64,000 nt of DNA, taken from NCBI RefSeq assembly GCF_009914755.1, contig NC_060941.1, one strand, 5' to 3'. Shown here piece after piece: positions 1 through 15,104 of this stretch; within the stretch, counting starts at the first letter, position 1, and every line of letters begins with the position of its first letter. Made by a program: the position numbers and the translations under genes. The stretch comes from the human T2T-CHM13v2.0 reference genome, Homo sapiens. The notes under the pieces were generated by a model. That model was not told the origin of the DNA. It saw only the letters and a list, made by a program, of their open reading frames with translations, and ran no database searches.

Positions 1-2255
1 TTATTTAAATTTTAAAATCAGTTCAATATTATTAAAATACTTATTTTAAAAGGAAATGTTATATTCATCCCTTTGATGGAAAAGAAGCAGGACTGCCGTG
101 CATAAAAGATACCTCATAAAAATCAATGCAGTGGGAACAAAGCAACATTAAATTAGATTCTACATGGGTCCTACTTCAGCTGAGGGTTCTAAGCCTGGAT
201 CTTGTTCTCTGCCGTTTAAAGGTGGGGGAGATTAACAGGTTAGAGGGGTGTTAAAGCCACTCTCATCCCAGGCTGAGCCTTTCTTCTTGCCTGAGATCAA
301 GAGGATTTAAAGAAAGTTGCAAGGAGGGGTAACTGTCTTGCTCTGTGATTCGACACTATTTAGGCTGTATTCCTTTACAGTCTAAAATCATCTCTCCTTC
401 CTAGGAGTCACACACATCCCATAGATTGGGAAGCAACACACAGGCATACCTCGGATATTGCAGGTTCAGTTCAGACCACAGCAATAAAGTGAGCCACATA
501 AATTTTTCTGTTTTCTCAGTGCCTATAAAAGTTATGTTTACACCATACTGTGGCCTATTAAGGGTGCAATATCATCACTTCTGGGGGAAAAAAAGGCCAT
601 AATTAAAAAACACTTTATTGCCTAAAAATGCTAACAATTATCTGAGCCTTCAGCCCGCCATCATCTTTTTGCCTCGATGTTGATGGCTACTGACTCATCA
701 GGTGGTGGTTGCTGAAGGCTGGAGTGGTTGTGACAATTTCTTATAATAAGACAACAATGAAGTTTGTCACATCAATTGATTCTTTCACAAAAGATTTCTC
801 TGCAGCATAAGATGCTGTCTGAGAGCATTTTACTCACTGTAGAACTTCTTTCAAGATTGGAGTCAATCCTCTCAAACCCTGTTGCTGCTTTATCAATTAA
901 GTTTATGTAATCTTTCAAATCCTTTGTTGTCTTGTCAACAATGTTCACAATATCTACACCAGGAGTAGGTTCCATCTCAAAAAACCACTGTTCTGTCAAT
1001 GGAGCAGAATAGAGAACCCAGAAATAAATCCACATATTTGCAGCCCACTGATTTTGACAGAAATATCAAGAACACACTTTGGGGAAAGGACAACCTCTTC
1101 AAAAAATGGTGCTGGGAAAACTGGATGACCATACACAAAAGGGGGGAAGTAGACCCCCATCTCACACCATACACAAAAATCAACTCAAAATGGATTAAAG
1201 ACATAAATGTAAGACCTGAAACTATGAAACTGCTAGAAGAAAACATAAAGGAAATGCTTCAGGACATCTTCTAGGCAAAGATTTTATGAGTAAGACTAAA
1301 GGCACAGGCAACAAAACCAAAAATAAACAAATGGGACTACATCAACTAAAAGCCTTCTGCATAGCAAAGGAAACAATCAGCAGAGGGAAGAGACAACACA
1401 CGAAATGGGAGAAAACATTTGCAAACTATTCATCTGACAAGAGACTAATTATCTAGAATTTACAAAGAACAGCATAAAGGTAAATAATTCAATTTTAAAA
1501 TGGGCAAAAGATCTGAATAGACACCTCTCAAAAGACATACAAATGGCCAACAGGTATATAAAAATGCTCAATACTACTAATCATCAGGGACATGCATATC
1601 AAAACCATAATGAGATATCATCTTACCCCAGTTAGAATGGCTATTATAAAAAAAGACAAAAAATAATAAATGCTGGTGAGGATTCAGAGAAAGGGAAACA
1701 CTCGTGCATTGTTGGTGGAAATGTGAATTGGTGTAGTCATTATGGAAAACAGTATGGAGGTTCCTCAAAAAACGAAAGAGAGAACTACCATAAGATCCAG
1801 CAATCCCACTACTGGGTATTTATCCAAAGGAAAAAAAAATCAGAATACCAAAGAGTTACCTGCATCCTCATGTTTATCGTGCACTATTCACAAGAGAGAA
1901 GATGTGGAATCAACCTAATTGTCCATCAGCAGATTAATGGATACAGAAAATGTGGTATGTATACACAATGGAATACTATGCAACCATAAAAAAACATGAA
2001 ATCCTGTCATCCACAGCAACATGGGTGAGCCTGGAGGACATGAGGTTAAGTGAAATATGCCAGGCACAGAAAGATAAATATCTCTTGTTCTCTCTCACAT
2101 GTGGGAGCTAAAAAAAAAACTTGAGCTTACAGGAGTAGAGTAGAATACTAGTTATTAGAGGCTGGGAAGGGTGGGTGAGGGGAGGATAAGGAGAGGCTGG
2201 TTAATGGATGCAAAATTATAGCTAGATAAGAAGAATAAGTTCTAGTCTTCTAACA

Positions 2256-2597
2256 CAGCAGTCACCAACCTTTATGGCACCAGGGACCAGTTTTACAGAA
2301 GACAATTTTCCCACTGACCAGATTTGGGGTGGGATGGTTTCAGGATGAAACTGTTCCATTTCAGATCATCAGGCATCAGTTAGATTCTCTTAAGCAGTGT
2401 ACACCCTAGATCCCTCAAATGTGCAGTTCACAATAGGGTTCATGCTTCTATAAGAGTCTAATGCTATCACTGATCTGAAAGGAGGTAGAGCTCAGACGGT
2501 AATGCTTGCTGGCCTGCTGCTCACCTCCTGCTGTGTGGCCCTGTTCCTAACAGGCTGGACCGCTATCAATCCACTGCCCAGAGGTTGGGGACCCCTG
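2256..2597 (+). mobile_element. MER1B hAT-Charlie MITE inside L1
   Basis: TIRs CAGCAGTCACCAACC / GGTTGGGGACCCCTG, ~340 bp, degenerate 8-bp TSD ttctaaca/ttgtatag. Confidence 0.9.
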
Positions 2598-2662
2598 TTG
2601 TATAGCACTATAGGGTATACATGGTTAACAATCATTTATTGTATATTTTCAAAATGATAGAA

Positions 2663-2977
2663 TTTTTTTATTTTTTTATTTTTTTATTTTTTTTGAGACA
2701 AAGCCTTGCTCTGTCGCCCAGGCTAGAGTGCAGTGGTTGCGATATTGGCTCACTGCAAGCTCCGCCTCCCAGGTTAAAGTAATTCTTGTGCCTCTGCCTC
2801 CTGAGTAGCTGGGACCACAGGCACCCACCACCATACCAGGCTAATTTTTGTATTTTTAGTAGAGACGGGGTTTTGCCATGTTGGCCAGGCTGGTCTTGAA
2901 CTCCCGACCTCAGGTAATCCACCTGACTCAGTTTCCCAGGGTGCTGGGATTACAGCCGTGAGCCACTGCACCCGGCT
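2663..2977 (-). mobile_element. AluS inside L1 3'UTR
   Basis: Poly-T followed by full reverse Alu dimer. Confidence 0.95.
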
Positions 2978-4789
2978 CAGAAGAGAGATTTTTAAATGTT
3001 CACAATACAAAAAATGATAAATGTTTGAGGTGATGGATATACTAATTACCCTGATTTTATTTTTACATATTGTATACATGTATCAAAATATCACTCTGTA
3101 TCCCATAAATATGTACAATTATTCCATATCAACTAAAAGGAAAAGAAGTTTTATCATGAGATTGCAGCAATTCAGTCACATCTCCAGGCTCCGCTTCTAA
3201 TTCTCTTGCTATTTTTCCTACCTCTGCTGTAACTTTCTCCACTGACATCCTGAATCTCTCAAAGTCATCCATGGGGGTTGGAATCAACTTCTTCCAAACT
3301 TCTGTTCATGCTGATGTTTTGACCTCCTCTCATGAATCATGAATGTTCCTAATGACATCTACAATGGTGAAGCCTTTCCAATTTACTTTGCCCAAATCCA
3401 TCAGAGGAATCACTATCTATGGCAGCTACAGCCTTATGAAATGTATTTCTTAAATTATAAGACTTGAAAGTCAGAATGACTCCTTGATCCATGGGCTGCA
3501 GAATGGATGTTGTGTTAGCAGACATGAAAACATTAATACCTTTACATATGTCCATCAGAGCACTTGGGTGACCAGGTGCATTGTCAATGAGCAGTAATAT
3601 TTTGAAAGGAATCTTTTTTTTTTTTTCCTGAGGAGTAGGTCTCAATAATGGGCTTGAAATATTCAATGACCCATGCTGTAAAGAGATGTGCTGTTATCCA
3701 GGCTTTGTTGTTCCATTTATAGAGCACAGGCAGAGTCGATTCAGCATCATTCTTATAGGGTCCAGGGTGTTCAGAACGGTAAACTAACGTTGGCTTGAAC
3801 TTAAACTCACCAGCTGCTTTAGCCCCTAACAGGAGAGTCAGCCTGTTCCTAGCAGTTTTGAAGCCAGGCATTGACTTCTCTCTAGCTACGAAAGTCCTAG
3901 ATGGCATCTTCTTCCAATAAAAGGCTATTTCATCTACATTGAAAATCTATTTGTTTGGTGTAGCCAAGTACATCAATGATCTGAGCTAGAGCTTCTGGAT
4001 AGCTTGCTGCAGTGTCTCCACAGCACTTGCTGCTTCGCCTTATATTTTTATGTTAAAGAGATGGCATCTTTCTTTAAACCTTATGAACCAACCTCTCCTA
4101 GGTTCCAACTTTCCTTCTGTAGCTTCCTCCCCTCTCTCAGCCTTCATAGAATTGAAGAGAGTTAGGGCCTTCCTCTGGATTAGGCTTCAGCTGAAGAGAA
4201 TTTTGTGGCTGGTTTGATCTTTTATCCAGACCACTTAAACTTTCTCTATATCAGCAATAAGGCTGTCTCACTTTCTTGTCATTTGTGTGTTCACTGGAGT
4301 AGCACTTTTAGTTTCCCTCAAGAACTTTTCATTTGCATTCGCAACTTGGCTAACTGGTTGGCACAACAGGCCTAGCTTTCAACCTATGTCAGCTTTCAAC
4401 ATGTCTTCTTCATTAAGTTTAATTATTTCTAGCTTTTGATTTAAAGTAAGAGATGTGTGACTATTCCTTTCATATGGACACTTAGGGGTCATTGTAGGGT
4501 TATTAACTGGCCTAATTTCATTATAGCTGTTTCTCAGGGAACAGGGAGGTCCAAGGAGAGGGAGAGAGGTGGAAGAACAGCTGGTCAGTGGAGGTCAGAA
4601 CACACACATTTATTAAGTTTGCCGTCTTATATGGGTCCAGTTCATGGCACCCCAAAACAATTACGATAGAAACATCAAAGATTACCAATCACTGATTACA
4701 GATCATAACAGATAAATAATGAAAAAGTTTAAAAATTGCAAGAATTAGCAAAATGTGACACAGGGACATGAAGTGAGCATATGCTGTTA

Positions 4790-5188
<399 letters not shown>

Positions 5189-5490
5189 AGAAAAGTGGTG
5201 CTGATATATTTTGCTCTACACAGGGTTGCCACAAACCTTCAATTTGTAAATAACACTTTATTGCAAAATGCAATAAAGTGAGGTGTGCCTGTAGTTGCGA
5301 GCACAGAGGGCAAGGCTCCAGGACTGCTGCTGCCACTCCTGAGCTCTGTGTCCCTGACAAGTTCTTACAGTTACTGTGCCTTCCTGGTCCCTTCTGGACA
5401 AGGACAATAACAGCCTCTACTTCAGAGCGACAGTGCCAGCATTGAAGTTTTTAAACACAGCTCCCATCACATAGTATGTGTGCAACAAAT

Positions 5491-5888
<398 letters not shown>

Positions 5889-6339
5889 TTAGCTATGACA
5901 GCCACAGACGATCTGATGAAAAGCACTTAGATTACTGCTGGTCTTCAGAGTGACATCATTTTAGTCTGTAACTTGAGGCAGGCTTAGGATCTGATGACAG
6001 TCTAGTGTTCTGTGCAGTTGTCCCTGCATCATCCTCTCCCCCTAATGCTCTTGTCACTGAGCTTACAGGGGCATCCTTTGTGCATCAACTGAAAGCTTCA
6101 TGGTAAAGATGCCTGCTCTCAAAAATGAGATCAAAGACTCCAGGTAACCAAGGCAACCTGTGAGAGAGACTCCAGGATGCCGGCCTCCCATTCTGAATCA
6201 TCTCTGGCTGCAGCTGAGCTGTGTGGCAAATGTTTTCCTAGTGGGGCTGGCATGCTTGAAAGAACAAGGTCTGTGGAACACACAGAACCTTCCCCTTTTC
6301 CTCTTGTGAGGAGGGAGGGCCTTACCAATACTGATGATG

Positions 6340-6700
6340 TCTAAGTTTCAGGACCCCTCACTCACATGGGCCCCTCTGAGTGCTGGCAGGTGCTAGGAGT
6401 TCTAGAATGTTCTAGTGGGGAGGAGAAGCCAGGTGGCGATGAAGACACACTTCTCTGTAAGCATTTCTGATACTTCAGTAAAAATTTGTGTTCTTTCTTT
6501 TTATTTTTTTATTTTATTATTATTATACTTTAAGTTTTAGGGTACATGTGCACAATGTGCAGGTTTGTTACATATGTATACATGTGCCATGTTGGTGTGA
6601 AAAATTTGTATTCTTTCCCTTAAAGAGAGACCCCAAAACCCTTACAGAAGAGAGGGTCTGTAAGCTACAGACCCTAGAAAATCTGAGTTTGGCCCTAACT
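6340..6700. mobile_element. Probable old hAT DNA-transposon relic (family uncertain)
   Basis: Ends in ...aaaatctgagtttggccct, a hAT-Tip100-like terminus; split by an L1 tip. Confidence 0.35.
6498..6599 (-). mobile_element. ~100-bp 3' tip of a young L1PA
   Basis: ttatactttaagttttagggtacatgtgcacaatgtgcaggtttgttac; 18-bp TSD aaaaatttgt(g/a)ttctttc at 6480-6497 and 6600-6617. Confidence 0.93.
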
Positions 6701-7126
6701 GGGGGTTCCTAGACATGCTCTCTGGAGGATGCCAGTCCAGGGAAGAGCAAACCATGAGGCACCACAGACAAGCTGGGTGAGCATGGGCAAGCCCCTCTCT
6801 GGACAATCACCGGGTAAAGGGGACAGGAAGGCTGGCTTCTCTGAGCCTTCTTGCTCTGTTTGTTGAGTCACTCTTCTCTGCCCTGGCAGGCCCTGGAGCC
6901 AGGGGAGCCACAGGCAGAGCGATCACCAAGAGCGTGGCTTCCACACCACTATGAACTGGAGGAAGGTGGGGGCTTCTCCCATCCCAACCCCACTATATGG
7001 ACCACACCCACCCTAGGCATTACTATGGGGTTTCTGTGCAAGCATTTTCCACAGCACTGTCTCCAAACTGGCAAATAACAATCTAGATATTAATAACCAC
7101 TTTATATTTTATTCATCAGAGTATGA

Positions 7127-7463
<337 letters not shown>

Positions 7464-7574
7464 GAGATGGGCATCTTTATAACGAGTATGAGTTGAAATG
7501 TGCATCTTTATAACAGGCAGTATACGATTAAAGGTTGCTGATACACACAAGCATGCTCCTGTGTGTGGAACTTT

Positions 7575-7985
<411 letters not shown>

Positions 7986-8119
7986 TAAGCAACTCAAGGA
8001 AATTCCATATAAAGAAGGTGTTGCCGGTCCTGAAGCTTGCATGCATGACTTCATTCATTAGTCTGGTATTTAATACAAAAAATGTTATTTATCTAAATAA
8101 ATGGATAGATAAATCCCCG

Positions 8120-8930
8120 TGTAGCAGTGAGGATGTTTTTGGCTACAAACAACAGAAAACTCATATCGAGCTAGCCTAAATACAAAGGGAATTTGTTGGT
8201 TCTTATAATGAAAAGCACAAAGGTTGTGTGAGCTTCAGGAGTGGTTTGATCCAGACATTCAAACTATCATAAGGACTCGACTGATTTTTTTCACGAATGT
8301 ATTTTCTCTGCCCTTTATAATATGTCACTATCTTTGGTTGGGTGCCTAGAGAGGTAGAGTCTGACAGCAGGATTCTCAGAGGCAAGTGGTTTATTTGGGA
8401 TTCCCATAAAACTCCAGTAGGAAGTGGGGAGATGAGACAGGAACAAGGAAGATGGTGAAAACAGGTGTGTTGTCAAGCAAGTGACCACTAACGGCAACAG
8501 GAGCATAACCCATGGAGCAACGCAAGGAGACAGTGTAGAGCGTGCATCTTCAAATTACCCTGCCCAAAGAGCAAGGGAGCAGGGCATTTATCTGCCCATC
8601 CCAGTCAGTAGTTATTGGTTTAGGGTAGAGTTCCCTTATAGTAACAGCGATTCCAAAGCAGTCAAAGGCCTCACTCCTCACCCCCCGCAGAAGGAGAGTA
8701 CAGCTCTCTCCCAGCTTTCCACACCAAGACTGAGAGCCACTCTGACGCATTGATGAATTGTACACCCAATCAATGCTGAACTAACTGTATGGCAAGGGAG
8801 GGGACAGGATGTGCTGATTGGCTTAGTGCATAGTAGTGCTGTCTTTCCCCAACCACTACATGGCTTTCCAGCACGGACTGAGGACTTTAGAAAAGGGGAA
8901 GGGAAAAGAGGATACAGGCATCTACTACAC
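8120..8930 (-). mobile_element. Old MaLR LTR (MLT1K/L-like), interrupted by an ERVL LTR
   Basis: agcttcaggagtggtttgatccag and tgctgattggcttag motifs. Confidence 0.55.
8330..8630 (-). mobile_element. LTR33/LTR16-like ERVL LTR
   Basis: gcaagtggtttatttggga...gtaggaagtggggagatgagacagg...ggagacagtgtagag. Confidence 0.7.
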
Positions 8931-9029
8931 AATAATTAAGTAATGGTCTGGACTACTTAACAAACACTAGATTATTAAACTCAAAGGCACCAGAGGTCTC
9001 CTGTGTGGTCATAGACCAAAATGCTCCAG

Positions 9030-9339
9030 TGTCAGGCAATAATGCAAATGGTCAAAGTGGGCCAGCAGGAGGCTGCTGTGTTCTGTAGGTGCTCACACCC
9101 AGGCAGAATAACTAGACCCTGCACTTAGCCCTGGCCAATGGCTGCCACGTGAGAATGTGGGCCCAGGGGTGCCAGATTCTCTGATATTTCAAGAGTAGCC
9201 AGAAATCTGGATTTTTTAAATGAAATCTCCCCATCTGAAATGTTGGAAATGAATTCAAAATGTTTTGGATACTTCATGGGCCAAATGACACACATCTGTG
9301 AGCCAGACGCAATCTTGGATTGCCAGTTTGCAGCCTCTG
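9030..9339 (-). mobile_element. MER102 hAT-Charlie
   Basis: gccagaaatctggattttttaaatgaaatctccc...gccagtttgcagcctctg. Confidence 0.75.
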
Positions 9340-9349
9340 ATGCAGATCC

Positions 9350-9452
9350 ACCCCTTAATTTTACAGAAGGGAAAACGGAACGGTTCCAGAGACACTCAGT
9401 GACTTACCCAAAGTCACGCAGCTGGTCAGTGGCAGAGCTGGGACTAGAACCG
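9350..9452 (-). mobile_element. MIR
   Basis: ttttacagaagggaaaac...gtgacttacccaaagtcacgcagctgg core. Confidence 0.8.
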
Positions 9453-9523
9453 TTGTCTCGCCATTGTGGTTTGTTATAATTGCTGATCAACTGTGCTTAG
9501 GAAAGATCCACTCAGTGCCCAAA

Positions 9524-9749
9524 CTAAGGATGGCAAACTAGAACCCCTGGGGCCAATTCTGGCTGGCAGTCTGTTTTTGTAAATAAAGTTTTATTGGAAC
9601 ACTGCCACACACATTTGTTTACATATTATCCATGGCTGTTTTCCCAATACAACAGTGGGATTGAGTCACTGGAACAGAGATCACATGGCCCACAAATCTT
9701 GAAAATACTTACTGTCAGACCCTGAACAGAAAAAGCTTGCCAATCCTTG
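9524..9749 (+). mobile_element. MER58A
   Basis: ctgtttttgtaaataaagttttattggaacac; ends gcttgccaatccttg. Confidence 0.9.
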
Positions 9750-10044
9750 TTCTAGATTCTTGATATTTTTAGATGTCGTAATTTTTGTTTCAGCTACTCA
9801 TGAGATGTCTCAATGGTCTGAGGATATTATTTAATAACCCAACTGAATGCTACTTGCAATGTGGCAGGTCTGGGTTGCAGGTCCCAGGAAGGAACAGTGA
9901 TTGAGCCAGGCAGCTGAAGCTTATCCTATGCAAGTTATTCCCATGAGATGATGAAAAGAAAACCACTGCTATCACCACCACCATCAACGATGGCAACAAC
10001 AGAAAAACTTCTCTCAATAACCCTGAAAGAAAAAAAGAATTAAG

Positions 10045-10129
10045 AGGCTGGAGTGCAACGGTGTGGGACCTCGGCTCACCGCAACCTCCGCCTCCCAGGT
10101 TCAAGTGATTCTCCTGTCTCAGCCTCCCA
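10045..10129 (-). mobile_element. Internal Alu right-arm fragment
   Basis: 85 bp of Alu with no tail, no head and no TSD. Confidence 0.9.
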
Positions 10130-11400
10130 TATAAAGTCTCTTATAAGTAAATAGAAATTTTAGATAAATAGTAGAATTTGGTCATGGCAGTGAACAGCAA
10201 AGACACGCGTACGCACACCCCTCTGGAAACAAGAAAATGTGATTTGTGAAGCAATTTCAGAGACTGCTCCAAGCTGCATAAAAATTATGTGCAGCCAATG
10301 AACGAGACAGCATTGATGTGGATGAAAAAGTTGCTAAACCAAGTGAGACTCAGCCAGGACTCCCACCTCTTGCAGGAAACATGATCTCAGGAAGGGCTTC
10401 TGTCAGGGGCACTTCATCCCCCTGGCTTCAGGCTTCCACCAGGGTGGTGTCCAAGCCTTTCTCCCCACCCACCTCTGCCCTGCTCCTGGGAGCAGGGCTT
10501 GCTGGTCTGATTGGTGAGGTTGGCAGGAGAAACCGGGCATACTCAGCTCAGTCCCTCCTGGGCTCACGTTGGCCACAGAGTGGCAGTGCATTCTCAATGC
10601 TTCTCTGACACATGGAAGGCTCTCGCCCTGGCAGAGGGGGCCTTTGCCTCTGCCAGGGTCTGGGTGGGTAGGAACATCTAGCTCAGGGATGAAATATTAG
10701 AAAGCCCATTGGGGCCATATGCCTAAGCCATGCCTCCAATCCAGCTTCAATCACTATCTCCAGCCATCTGACTCCTGTCTTGATTTGGAACTTGGAAAAA
10801 AGGAAAGAGGTGTTATTTATTAGACACGACTGTTTATAAGGTAGCAGTGTTACTATTTCACAGTGCATTTTGTAGGGGAATTATCTTCTACGGCTGAAGT
10901 CACAGACTTGGAGATTTTTATGCTCCCCACTCAAATGCCAAGGGCCCTATTGCTGATCTAGAAGCTATCAATGCAGGATAAGAAGCCCAGCCCACAAGAT
11001 GTTTATCATCTATCCAATAGTTAGTAGATGGTCAATAAGTTAGTTGATGATCAGTTAGTAGATAATCAATAAGTGTTGTTTAATATATTAAATAAAGTAT
11101 TGAATAAAATATCAGAAAATAATTTGGAACATCATAGAGTACAGGTTTATATATATACATATAATCTCAAATCAAATAGATATTTATCAGGCATTTTCTG
11201 TCTGTGATTTAAACCCTGATATAGCTACTGATACACGCTTTCTTTCATCAAATAAGTATGTAAATAAAAGTTCTTTGGGAGGAAAGGAACAGCTTCTCGG
11301 GTCTCATCAACCAAGAAGTAAAATCACGTTGCTTCAAAGGACAGGCATGTAGATAAACAACTAGAAAATAAAAAATACTTTAAAAAATCTATATGCTCCT

Positions 11401-11767
<367 letters not shown>

Positions 11768-12109
11768 TCAATTCATTAAAGCTCTCAGAATCCACCAGAA
11801 TGCATGGGAACTGAAGTGAACATTGTTCAAAGAGCTATTCCTTCTGGTCTTTCATTCTAAGACTCACTAGAACCAAACAGAGTTAGAAGGCTAATTTGGA
11901 AGCATGTGTGTATGTGTGGGTATTTATTTCATCAACATTATCTATATAATACACACACACACATATACACATAAATAGCATTTTCATTCTAACTTTTCTG
12001 AGCACAAATCAACTGACGGCCAGTGACCGGGACCTTTCTGGGTGGCCTAATAGAAGTGAGATGTGTTATGAAGATACGTAAATGAGCAGCTAATTGCAGG
12101 TATATGAGC

Positions 12110-12331
12110 TACTTTATCTGGAGAACAAATTAGCAATTTGGATCAAGTGCTCTCAAATTCAAAGACTTGGATGCTGTAGTAGGAACCTAGGGCTCTATGC
12201 TACAGGAAGAATCAGGATGCAGAAAAAGATGTACTTTTTTAAAAAAAATCAGAAAAAGATACAAGACTGTTGGTTGCTGCTTTATTTATAATAGAGAAAA
12301 AAGGTATTGATCTGAATGTCCAACAAGGAGA
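12110..12331 (+). mobile_element. Old L1ME fragment
   Basis: ctggagaacaaattagcaat...gctttatttataatag...aatgtccaacaa resembles the ORF2 end. Confidence 0.55.
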
Positions 12332-12403
12332 CAACAAGTAATTGCAGGTTTTGCCACTGAAAGTAATGGCAAAAACCGCAATTACTTTTGCACCAACCTA
12401 ATA
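12332..12403. mobile_element. MADE1 (Hsmar1 MITE), left TIR truncated
   Basis: aagtaattgcaggttttgccactgaaagtaatggcaaaaaccgcaattacttttgcaccaacctaata. Confidence 0.93.
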
Positions 12404-12470
12404 GCCAATCAATTGCAATTTGTTTGCATGGGGAGAGGGAGGGGCAGGTGTCATGATGCCTGACCAGAAG

Positions 12471-12688
12471 GACAGTGTGGCAGAGTGGTTGAGCATGTGA
12501 CCTCTTAATCAGATTGCTGGTGACCCCTCATGATGTTAACCTAAGGAAGTTAGCTTTTTGTGTTTGGTTTTCCTCATCTGCAAATTGGGGATAATGTTGG
12601 TAACTAACCTCATAAGGTTTGGTGAGGATTAATTCACTTAGTACCAGCAGTCCTTAGAACAGTCCCTGGCATGTGATAAGTGATCAGC
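12471..12688 (+). mobile_element. MIR
   Basis: gtggttgagcatgtgac head, ttttcctcatctgcaaattggggataat core. Confidence 0.85.
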
Positions 12689-13259
12689 CATCATTGGCCA
12701 TTTTATGAAAAATGGGACATTTTGTAGTCACTGGACAGCATGTTTTAGAAAAATCTCTAGTAATACAGGGAATCTCTGTAAGAGCATTCATAAACATTGA
12801 GGTCTAACATAAGTACATAAATCTTAAGCTTACAGTCACTGAGTCTGGACACATAGGTAGTCCTATGTAATCTCCACTGCACACCCACCCAAGAGCTAAC
12901 CACTATTCTGACTTTATCATCATACATTTATTTTGCATATTCTTGAATATCATGTAAATGGACTCAAACTGTCTGGAGACTTGTGTTTGGCTTCTTCTGC
13001 TCAACTTCATATCTGTGAGATTCATGCATGTTGTTATGTGTAGCGGAAGTTGATTTTTTAGTGCTGTATAGTATTTCATTGTATGAATGTATCACGTTTT
13101 TAAATCTTTTCTACTGCTGCTGGGCATTGGGTTACTTCTGATTTTTGGTTATTATGAATAAAGCTGCTATGAACATTTTTGTACATTCTTTGGTGAACAT
13201 AAGCACTTGGGTATTACTAGGGAATAAGTTGTGCCCCCTCATTCATATGTTGAAGTCTT

Positions 13260-13547
<288 letters not shown>

Positions 13548-13883
13548 TGAAGTCTTAACCCCTAGTACCTCAGAATGTGACCATATTTGAAGACAGAGAC
13601 TTTACAGAAGTAATTAAGTTAAAAATGAGGTGATTGGGGTCAGCCCTAATCCAATATGACTGATATCTTAATAAGAAGAGGTAATTTGAATACACACACG
13701 TATAGAAAGAAGTCCATGCAAACATACAGGTAGAGGCGGCCATCCACAAACCAAGGAGAGAGGCGAGGAAGAGATCCTTCCCTCACATCCCTCAGGAGGA
13801 ACCAGCCCTGACACCTTAATTTTGGACTTCTAGTCCAGAACCATACAGAAGTAAGCTTCTGTTGTTTTAAGTTACCCAGTCTG

Positions 13884-14270
<387 letters not shown>

Positions 14271-14919
14271 TTATATCAATCATATAATCATAAGCTCTGA
14301 TAGATACCACTGAACAGCACACAAGTTAAATTTAAAAATCAGGGGAAATTATACATGCTTTATGTTTCCAATTGTATGTGTGTACATAGATATAAATATA
14401 GACACATATATATCCAGATAGAAATATAGACAAATAGATATAAGATAGAAGGAAATTTATCTGAAAGTTAACTATAGACTTTTTTTGTCTTTTTAAAAAT
14501 AACTAACATGGCTCACTTATGTCATATAGAAATGTAATAGTTACTACAATTTTAATAGTGGTCATTCTGGGCGATGTGATTATCAGTGTTTTGTAGTTAG
14601 TATTACACCAGTTTCTGTATTTTCAGATTTTTCTACAGGGGACATAAGTTCCTTTTATAACCAGAGGAGGGAACTGTTCCTAATAAAGAAAAGAGAAAAG
14701 GCTGAAAGAAAATATAGTAATGTGTTACTGGCATTGACCTCTGGGTTGTGAAACTTGGGATTATTGTTGCCTGTCCTTCATTTTAATTATCTGCATTTTC
14801 CATGTACTATAATGACCATATGTTACTGTTATCATGGGGGTGGAGAGAAGAAACGTTCTTCTAGAAAATCAGCAGGAAAAAAACTACAAATCTACAATAA
14901 ACTACAAATAGAAATCGTG

Positions 14920-15104
14920 GTAATATATTTCAACAATTGTTGACATACGACAACAATTGTATGATGCACTATTATATTATTTACTAGTAAGAAGAAAAAC
15001 ACTTTTAATTGAACTATAACCCTTCATCAGTTATAAGATGCATACTGATTTCAGAGATGTTCAATTGTAGGGAAAAAATGCATCTCACCACTGAAAACAT
15101 TCAG
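14920..15104. mobile_element. Old TcMar-Tigger-like relic
   Basis: taagatgcatactgatttcagagatgtt...aaaaaatgcatct. Confidence 0.5.

Larger units (their letters stand above)
996..3145 (+). mobile_element. L1MA-type LINE-1, 5'-truncated (ORF2 3' part plus 3'UTR)
   Basis: ORF2-like peptide [15 protein letters not shown]...[24 protein letters not shown] (999-1274); L1MA-style 3'UTR ending ~3145. Confidence 0.9.
772..3945 (-). pseudogene. Disrupted Tigger1 (pogo-like DDE) transposase
   Basis: [17 protein letters not shown] (~3900-3945), [10 protein letters not shown] and QPMDQGVI (3349-3666), C-terminal [18 protein letters not shown] (772-990); frameshifted and split by L1. Confidence 0.9.

Noticed and set aside
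3349-3907. Domesticated TIGD-like gene
   Set aside because: Frameshifts and an L1 interruption, within TIR-bounded Tigger1.
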